A DNA stretch of 31,259 bases from IMG/VR virus record IMGVR_UViG_3300032324_000227, positions 1-31,259 of that record. One strand, written 5' to 3'. The notes under the pieces were generated by a model. That model had not been told where the DNA came from and did not search any database. It saw nothing but the letters and a program-made list of their open reading frames with translations. This DNA is from a virus. Taxonomy: Duplodnaviria; Caudoviricetes. Numbering within the stretch: the stretch's first letter is position 1; every line of letters starts with the position of its first letter. Positions 25,909 through 31,259 of this stretch are shown here, piece by piece. Both the position numbers and the translations under genes were made by a program.

Positions 25909-26436
25909 TTAGTTACCTCCACCTACAATGAATGGTCTGTTCTTGAGACGAGACTTGAAATCTCCCTTTTCAATTTCAGGTCCAGACTTCAGTCCTGCGC
26001 CACCGATACGCGCTCTCTTGCCCTTTGGAACCCAATCAGACTTGCCTGTGCCGTGGAACACGCTACCGTGCTTCTTGGAGACAGAGAGAACGGTGTCTTG
26101 TCCATGCTCTGAACCGTGCTTCTTGAGATCGGCAAGCATCTTTGCATGATCAGATGAGTGAACCATGAAAGACTTTTCCTTTACTTTCTTCTGACCGCCA
26201 GCCTGTGTCTCAATATACTCACCCTTCACAGGAACAGGAGCATAGCCGTGCGCTCGTAGACTGGCGCGTAGAGCCTTCGTGCGCTTGTTGTTCTCGGCAG
26301 GGCTTAATTCGCCACGGCTAGCCGATACGAAGCCAACCATCTTGCCACCCTCAATGTGACCGTGAAGGCGGGATAGCGACCTACGGGCTGCTTCTATGAG
26401 TTCTGCTTCTTCTCTGATCTGCTTAAAGTCTTTCAT
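25909..26436 (-). CDS. Conserved phage protein with MKDFKQ..EE N-terminus (probable packaged protein)
   Basis: SRL..H...GFVSASR...EN..R...GEYIE...EKSF...QDTVL pattern; late promoter at 26455-26462. Confidence 0.65.
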   Translation of the reverse strand: MKDFKQIREEAELIEAARRSLSRLHGHIEGGKMVGFVSASRGELSPAENNKRTKALRASLRAHGYAPVPVKGEYIETQAGGQKKVKEKSFMVHSSDHAKMLADLKKHGSEHGQDTVLSVSKKHGSVFHGTGKSDWVPKGKRARIGGAGLKSGPEIEKGDFKSRLKNRPFIVGGGN

Positions 26437-26457
26437 GCGATTCTCCATTTATCTTAT

Positions 26458-26916
26458 TTATGGAAACAACTTACTTCTCTGTCCATAACCAATCTTGTTG
26501 GAACCGAACATTCGCATGAGTTCTGCTCCCGTCCAAAAACAAACTTTAATTTTCGGAAATTCTGTAATATCAGTGAAACAATAGGATGTGTGCGCGGCAT
26601 GAGCCACGAATTCCTTAATGTCCACTTTTCTACCCACACCGATCATTCCTGAAGGTGCGTAGTTTGCTCCGCGTTTAGTGAACGCCTTTTGGTCTATCTT
26701 TGCCTCTGTTACTTTGTCAACAAAATCATATCCTTTTGCATCTACAAATTTTAAGTTGGGAAACCAGATTGGAATGTGTATTTCCAAAAATTTAGAGGCA
26801 ACTCTGCCGTCCATAAACAATTCTACTAGTTCTTCTTTTGGTATACTTCCAACTTGAAATGGAGTAAGGTTAAAATCGTAAGTTTTTTTATACTCAATTT
26901 TTGTAATTGCTGCCAT
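26458..26916 (-). CDS. Putative restriction-endonuclease-fold protein
   Basis: E...GYD...IDQK resembles a PD-(D/E)XK catalytic set; late promoter TATAAATA at 26938-26945; SD AAGGAG. Confidence 0.45.
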   Translation of the reverse strand: MAAITKIEYKKTYDFNLTPFQVGSIPKEELVELFMDGRVASKFLEIHIPIWFPNLKFVDAKGYDFVDKVTEAKIDQKAFTKRGANYAPSGMIGVGRKVDIKEFVAHAAHTSYCFTDITEFPKIKVCFWTGAELMRMFGSNKIGYGQRSKLFP

Positions 26917-26937
26917 ATCTACTCCTTGAGATATGGA

Positions 26938-26945
26938 TATTTATA
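26938..26945 (-). promoter_or_regulatory. T4 late promoter TATAAATA immediately after tRNA-Gln
   Basis: Exact consensus. Confidence 0.7.
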
Positions 26946-26946
26946 A

Positions 26947-27017
26947 CTGCCCGACTTGGATTCGAACCAAGACATGGAGGACCAAAATCTCCAGTGCTAC
27001 CATTACACCATCAGGCA
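26947..27017 (-). tRNA. tRNA-Gln(TTG)
   Basis: Cloverleaf TGCCTGA/TCGGGCA; A-C mismatch closing the anticodon stem; no CCA. Confidence 0.93.
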
Positions 27018-27021
27018 ATAA

Positions 27022-27231
27022 TCACAAAAGCCCGTTTTCCTCATCAAACTTAGCAATCCTGTCCATGGCGTAATTGCTGAGTTCTTTTTGAGTTTCCTTG
27101 AGTTTCCTCTGAAGTTCCATGATCTCCCCATATGCGTCCCCAATCAGAATGAGGACATCCTCGGGAAGGTCCGTGCGCTTGGTGGCGACGCGAAGGCGAT
27201 AGTCGATATGGTCTTCGTCATCTTGCCACAT
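27022..27231 (-). CDS. Hypothetical coiled-coil protein
   Basis: Stop/start overlap with the upstream PEP-CTERM gene. Confidence 0.6.
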   Translation of the reverse strand: MWQDDEDHIDYRLRVATKRTDLPEDVLILIGDAYGEIMELQRKLKETQKELSNYAMDRIAKFDEENGLL

Positions 27232-27857
27232 TACTTACTCCTTCTTCGCCTTCCAACCGCACCAGCAACCGCAAGCAGGGCAAGCGCGGATGGTGCAGGA
27301 ACCACTGCGTATTCGATGTTGTCGATAGCGAGATGAGAACTAAATGTATTGGTGTAGATTTTGATCTCTGTAATGTTGTTAAGCGGACCAGGATATCCAG
27401 AGGAGATGTTTAGTTTTACCCGCTGTGCTGCTGTGAGTTGTGTAGTATAGGTAAACACACCCTCCCCGTATCGGTATCCCTCTATAACTACTGCGGTCGA
27501 ATTCCAAACTGATGTGACTTCAATGCTGTTGAGAATCCAAAGATCATCACGACGAATGCGGTAGTTCTTATTCTGCTCAGAACCCCACGGGGTGAACAAA
27601 GCACGATCCCCGATGATTCCCTCATCGTATCCTCCGTATCCTTGACCACCTACGAGATCGTAGTATCCCCATTGGAAGTTGCCTTGGGAAGATGAACTTG
27701 TGAAGTGGAATCCCTCGTATGAGGAGAGGTAATCCCAATAGAATCCCGTGGTAGCGGAACTCATACTAGGAATGGTGGGAGCAGGAAGATTCTCAAAGGT
27801 GCAGAGACTTCCGTGTGCTGCCGTTGTGATAAATGCTGTTGCGATTAGTGTCTTCAT
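27231..27857 (-). CDS. Secreted PEP-CTERM-type (VPAP variant) surface protein
   Basis: Signal peptide ending AHG, then CTFE; C-terminal IDNIEYAVVPAPSALALLAVAGAVGRRRRSK. Confidence 0.88.
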   Translation of the reverse strand: MKTLIATAFITTAAHGSLCTFENLPAPTIPSMSSATTGFYWDYLSSYEGFHFTSSSSQGNFQWGYYDLVGGQGYGGYDEGIIGDRALFTPWGSEQNKNYRIRRDDLWILNSIEVTSVWNSTAVVIEGYRYGEGVFTYTTQLTAAQRVKLNISSGYPGPLNNITEIKIYTNTFSSHLAIDNIEYAVVPAPSALALLAVAGAVGRRRRSK

Positions 27858-28201
27858 TGTGTGTTTTCTTCTTCGTTTGGTGCGTTGTAGTAACTTCGGT
27901 ATGGTTCGTGGGTGATGTTGTTTCGTTTGAGTGTTTCCTCAAGGTGCAGGATGTGCCATGACATACGCAGCACGAACTCCCGTGTCTCTTCCTTTATCCA
28001 CTTGTTCTTGATGTGCCATGCCGCATCCAAGATGGCATCCTGAATGCGCGGAGAGCAGTTGCGCTGATCATGGCGTTCATAGATCATCTTGTCGATGATC
28101 TCAGGTTGACCAAAACCTCTATGAATCTTGTAGTATTCATCAAGATAAGGGTCGTTTGTCACATTGTCGTAGTTCACTTGTAATCCTTGTGGCAATCCCA
28201 T
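27854..28201 (-). CDS. Hypothetical protein
   Basis: Overlapping operon arrangement. Confidence 0.55.
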   Translation of the reverse strand: MGLPQGLQVNYDNVTNDPYLDEYYKIHRGFGQPEIIDKMIYERHDQRNCSPRIQDAILDAAWHIKNKWIKEETREFVLRMSWHILHLEETLKRNNITHEPYRSYYNAPNEEENTQ

Positions 28202-28425
28202 CCACGATGCTTCGCATAACCCTTCGGATCAAAATGTGGAAAATAATGATTCCACCTGACGGTTCCTTTCAGTTGGCAAATCTCCCGTCTTGCATCATCT
28301 CGCTCGGCACGGAGTCGTTCGATCTCGTCGGCGGCTTTGAGAAGATCAGCATTGACTATAAAGACAGGACTTGTCGTATCTACCTGTGTATAGTAGCGCA
28401 ACCGTGCCACAATATCATCGCTCAT
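28174..28425 (-). CDS. Hypothetical protein (DIVARLR...AADEIERLR...ERDDARRE)
   Basis: Common phage coiled-coil motif; SD AAGGAGG. Confidence 0.7.
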   Translation of the reverse strand: MSDDIVARLRYYTQVDTTSPVFIVNADLLKAADEIERLRAERDDARREICQLKGTVRWNHYFPHFDPKGYAKHRGWDCHKDYK

Positions 28426-28640
28426 TTGCAGTCCTCCTTGTTAGGTGGCAGCACATCTATCACGACGAGATCATCAAGGTCAGTCCAAAAACAGGTGTCT
28501 GCGAGTTCGTTGCGGAACTTCCCCACCTTGCCGTTTGGGGAGATTTCAAGCAGCGTCCATTCGCTGCGTTGGATTTGCGTGATCATGTCAGTCAGCAGTA
28601 GCCGCTTGCCTTTGAGTTTTTCCCATTTGTATTCGGTCAC
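28422..28640 (-). CDS. Hypothetical protein
   Basis: SD AAGGAGG with a GTGA overlap. Confidence 0.65.
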   Translation of the reverse strand: MTEYKWEKLKGKRLLLTDMITQIQRSEWTLLEISPNGKVGKFRNELADTCFWTDLDDLVVIDVLPPNKEDCK

Positions 28641-28924
28641 TTGCCGTCCTCCTTTCGTGGCACGGGGACAATCGTCACCAGATCGTCGGGAGGTGCAGGA
28701 AGGTCACGCACACCGCGTAGCACATCTTGACCGAGCAACAGCAAGCGACATTCTCGCCTTGCCTCGTCGCGCTCCTTGAGCAATTCGCGATTCTTGAGGG
28801 CAACAGGCTCACAAGCCACGCAGGAACCTTCGAATCCGTTTTTGAGGTCTTCGATATGAAGACGAAGAGCCTCGTTTTCTAGGATCAATTGCTGATTTCG
28901 CATTAGGATGTCTTCATTTTCCAT
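28637..28924 (-). CDS. Hypothetical coiled-coil protein with CxxC
   Basis: True start is ATG 28924 just after tRNA-Leu; the longer ORF runs through two tRNAs. Confidence 0.65.
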   Translation of the reverse strand: MENEDILMRNQQLILENEALRLHIEDLKNGFEGSCVACEPVALKNRELLKERDEARRECRLLLLGQDVLRGVRDLPAPPDDLVTIVPVPRKEDGK

Positions 28925-28926
28925 AA

Positions 28927-29011
28927 TACCAGCGACAGGATTCGAACCTGCATGATCAATTACGATCAGCGCATTTTGAGTGCGCCGTGTATTCCGTTCC
29001 ACCACGCTGGC
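28927..29011 (-). tRNA. tRNA-Leu(CAA)
   Basis: Cloverleaf with long variable arm TGATC/GATCA; no CCA. Confidence 0.95.
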
Positions 29012-29052
29012 GTAAATATCATTAAGAGGAGTAGTGTTCTTCTCTATGACAA

Positions 29053-29125
29053 TGCCTCCGGTGGGAGTCGAACCCACAACCCTGAAATTAAAAGTTTCCT
29101 GCGCTGCCAATTGCGCCACAGAGGC
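29053..29125 (-). tRNA. tRNA-Lys(TTT)
   Basis: Cloverleaf; G-A mismatch at the top of the anticodon stem; no CCA. Confidence 0.93.
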
Positions 29126-29139
29126 TTGAATTAACTGAA

Positions 29140-29378
29140 GAGGAAGCCCCTCTGATGTTTGCTGAGTAGCATCCCCTATATCGTGCTTGATATAAGTGAC
29201 TTGTGTTCCTTCTGTCACGACAGAGTGATCACAAACAGCAGAGGGGCTTTCCTCCACGCTCCGCATCCGCAGAGCATTTGCTTGCTTACGGAGCAAGCCT
29301 TACCGCCATCTTTAAACCTCCAAAAGTCGATGGATCTTTTGGATTCTCCCTCAGATGGTCCGCTAAGGGGGCGGTTAT
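29140..29378 (-). ncRNA. Unclassified highly structured RNA(s) upstream of tRNA-Lys
   Basis: Eight helices are visible, and three G-U pairs all favour the - strand. Confidence 0.65.
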
Positions 29379-29461
29379 TATAATATACCTGACAATTTAA
29401 AATATTTTCCTGCCAACCTGACGAGTTAAATACTATTCATTTTACACCTCGTTTGTTTCAA

Positions 29462-29731
29462 TTAACCATTAAGAATCTGGAAACTTGCATTGAACGAACT
29501 CACCGATTCAGGACGGAATGAGCGAAAAGCACCAGCCTCAACATCCCAAACAACAATGTTGTCGCCTGTTCGCGGTGGAGCATTCTCATTCAAAACCTGT
29601 TCACGCTTCGGCAAGTAAGTCTCATTCAGAGTGCAGCGCATCTTTCGCTGCGAACCATCCATCTTTGTGAAGATCACTTCACAAATTCCACGGTGAAGGT
29701 TCTCAACCATCTGTTCTCGCGTTTGAGTCAT
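29462..29731 (-). CDS. SH3/Sm-like beta-barrel (WYL-2/DUF2693-like) protein
   Basis: VIFTKMDGSQRKMRCTL...VWDVE..AFRSFR; SD AGGAG. Confidence 0.8.
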   Translation of the reverse strand: MTQTREQMVENLHRGICEVIFTKMDGSQRKMRCTLNETYLPKREQVLNENAPPRTGDNIVVWDVEAGAFRSFRPESVSSFNASFQILNG

Positions 29732-29750
29732 TTGTTTCTCCTGTGTGTAG

Positions 29751-29779
29751 AGTATAGCGTTTGTTGTCTGCGTTGTCAA
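29751..29779 (-). promoter_or_regulatory. Sigma70 promoter TTGACA-17-TATACT
   Basis: Near consensus. Confidence 0.8.
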
Positions 29780-29784
29780 GTAGG

Positions 29785-30081
29785 TCAATCGTCTTTTTCT
29801 TTGACGCGATAACCAATCTTCCACAAGACATCTGCAATGGTGCTAGCAGTCTCTAATACTGCCTCTTCTGCCAACTCAGGACGAACCGCATGAATCGTTT
29901 CGTGTATGAGTGTATCAAGAAGGTCTTTGTTTTTTGCGTTTCTGTTTACCCAAATTTCTGGATTTGAAACAGACGGATCGTCACACTCGCCCCAAGAATT
30001 TCGGGACATTTGTGAAGAGTTTACGAGACAGACTCGCCACTCTTTATGGTTGATCTTTGTTCGTATCTGTTTCTCTTTCAC
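29785..30081 (-). CDS. Small HExxH metallopeptidase-like protein
   Basis: WGEC...IWV...DTLIHETIHA...E; GTG start after GAGG. Confidence 0.7.
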   Translation of the reverse strand: MKEKQIRTKINHKEWRVCLVNSSQMSRNSWGECDDPSVSNPEIWVNRNAKNKDLLDTLIHETIHAVRPELAEEAVLETASTIADVLWKIGYRVKEKDD

Positions 30082-30256
30082 TTGGAACCTCGTCAAGCAC
30101 AAAGATTTCACAGGGGAATGGATAATGTTTAAGGCAACGAGATGCTGCCTTTCTTACTGCACCTGGAACTCGCGGAGTTTCCTTTGGATTTAGGAGAGTA
30201 AAAAGAAATTCGCGAGTGTTGAGTAGAGCGTTGATCTGTTCTTGCCTAGTGGACAT
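30044..30256 (-). CDS. Conserved phage hypothetical protein
   Basis: TREFL..L..PK.TPRVP..VR..A..CLKHYP pattern. Confidence 0.7.
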   Translation of the reverse strand: MSTRQEQINALLNTREFLFTLLNPKETPRVPGAVRKAASRCLKHYPFPCEIFVLDEVPSERETDTNKDQP

Positions 30257-30257
30257 T

Positions 30258-30503
30258 TTACTTCCAATCTGGATAAACAAGCACACCGTTTCCACTAGTA
30301 TCTAGAACTTCTATAGCGGCAATTCGCGGAATCTTTTCAAGATCTTCAGCAACTTGCTGCGGAGTCTGATAGTAGTGACACTTTTTGATTTCAGATTCAA
30401 TGTCTGAATTATTGATGCTGTCGAGAGAATCTTCTGTGCGCCACACACGAACTGCGAAACGCTCAGTATTTCCCTTTGTCATTGATTCCAATTGTCTATT
30501 CAT
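30258..30503 (-). CDS. Hypothetical protein
   Basis: SD GGAGG just after tRNA-Thr. Confidence 0.65.
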   Translation of the reverse strand: MNRQLESMTKGNTERFAVRVWRTEDSLDSINNSDIESEIKKCHYYQTPQQVAEDLEKIPRIAAIEVLDTSGNGVLVYPDWK

Positions 30504-30513
30504 AAAACCTCCA

Positions 30514-30585
30514 AGCCACCTATGAGATTTGAACTCATGACCCTCGCATTACAAATACGATGCACTGCCGCTGTGCTAAGGTGGC
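30514..30585 (-). tRNA. tRNA-Thr(TGT)
   Basis: Full cloverleaf GCCACCT/AGGTGGC; no CCA. Confidence 0.95.
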
Positions 30586-30592
30586 GAAACTT

Positions 30593-31015
30593 TTAGTCGA
30601 TGTGCTTTTCAACCTTGTCCCAATAGCCTTCAGTCTTGTCGGACTTGAAGCCATTCGGTCCACCATTGTGAATCCTAGCCATGTCTTCATAGGTAGGCGT
30701 GGAACCGATCCGTCGAGTCGTAGCGTAGCGATTCAGATACGCCACGACAACACGCTCTGCGTAGGCACGGTTCATGCAGTCCTTGTAAGATCCTCCAATC
30801 GAAGGATCAAACTCAACCGCATCTTCCCAATAGCACTTGTGAATTTGGTATGGACCAATTGCCTTTCCACGATCTCCGATGAGATTCTTGCCATCAGAGG
30901 ATTCAACCATACGGATTGCGTCGAGAAGCGGACGAATCTCTGTTGCGGTGATCCGCTGCTTCTGTGCAGGAGGCGTGAGGGTGAGAACCGTTGAGATGAG
31001 AATAGTGGTGAACAT
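30593..31015 (-). CDS. i-type (destabilase-like) lysozyme with signal peptide
   Basis: VESS..., GD.G.AIGPYQI...YWEDA, ARIHNGGPNG; hydrophobic N-terminus. Confidence 0.85.
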   Translation of the reverse strand: MFTTILISTVLTLTPPAQKQRITATEIRPLLDAIRMVESSDGKNLIGDRGKAIGPYQIHKCYWEDAVEFDPSIGGSYKDCMNRAYAERVVVAYLNRYATTRRIGSTPTYEDMARIHNGGPNGFKSDKTEGYWDKVEKHID

Positions 31016-31022
31016 GTTGATC

Positions 31023-31051
31023 ATCATACACTATATCGAACACTCTGTCAA
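31023..31051 (-). promoter_or_regulatory. Sigma70 promoter TTGACA-17-TATGAT; probably gives a leaderless lysozyme mRNA
   Basis: ATG 31015 lies 7 nt after the -10. Confidence 0.7.
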
Positions 31052-31071
31052 GGCTCTTAAGAAAATTTTAG

Positions 31072-31153
31072 TGGATCATGAAGGACTTGCACCTACGAAG
31101 TCTAAAGACAAGAGATTTACAGTCTCTCCCCGTTGCTGCTTGGGTAATGATCC
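31072..31153 (-). tRNA. tRNA-Tyr(GTA) with non-canonical D/T loops
   Basis: GGATCAT/ATGATCC acceptor stem; AGAGA-CTGTAAA-TCTCT; T-loop TGCAAGT. Confidence 0.88.
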
Positions 31154-31156
31154 GAA

Positions 31157-31228
31157 AGCGAACGAAGGGATTCGAACCCTCGACCATCGGTTTGGAAAAC
31201 CGAGACTCTACCGCTGAGTTACATTCGC
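31157..31228 (-). tRNA. tRNA-Gly(TCC)
   Basis: Full cloverleaf; no CCA. Confidence 0.95.
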
Positions 31229-31259
31229 GTCTGAGCGTTATTTGCAGAATGCGCTCACC

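Noticed and set aside
28156-28779. 207-aa + strand ORF and other antisense ORFs in the track
   Set aside because: They overlap better-supported genes on the opposite strand and lack RBS or motifs.
29243-29256. RNase P RNA CR-I-like GAGGAAAG
   Set aside because: It is fully paired in a simple long stem; no CR-IV/CR-V or P1/P2 architecture was found.
28925-29296. N-terminal extension of the 219-aa ORF
   Set aside because: It runs through tRNA-Leu, tRNA-Lys and the structured RNA; the real start is 28924.
24700-31230. tRNA-associated theta (HDV-like) ribozymes
   Set aside because: The sequences 3' of each tRNA are short spacers or gene starts with no nested pseudoknot.
31233-31259. Hairpin TGAGCG/CGCTCA at the window edge
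   Set aside because: Context is truncated and it cannot be classified.

Overview
Segment of a large T4-like (gp43/UvsX/gp41/gp61-type) myovirus genome. The + strand (1-17846) carries two tail-fibre/tip gene pairs (the first collagen-like and truncated at the window edge), a SAM methyltransferase, dUTPase, a DUF1599-like protein, an N4/N6 DNA methylase, DNA polymerase, UvsX, helicase, primase, ThyX, a class II RNR, a PEP-CTERM protein, a cohesin-dockerin protein and a RuvC-like resolvase. The rest is mostly - strand: membrane/lysis-like genes, probable internal head proteins, a cytidylyltransferase, an RNA-ligase-like protein, a Cas4-like exonuclease, a GIY-YIG endonuclease (+ strand), a deaminase, a second PEP-CTERM protein, an i-type lysozyme and 7 CCA-less tRNAs. 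The sorting signals and dockerin style suggest a Planctomycetota (Phycisphaerae-like) host (inference). The most unusual signal is a set of short structured intergenic elements whose predicted transcribed strand is antisense to functional centres of bacterial rRNA. The clearest is a ~100-nt homologue of 23S rRNA ~1929-2015 at 24204-24299; a perfect anti-16S-3'-end loop lies at 20895-20906; weaker candidates are at 16266-16302, 23551-23582 and 29302-29375. rRNA comparisons are from recalled reference sequences, and family assignments are from motif recognition, not from database searches.
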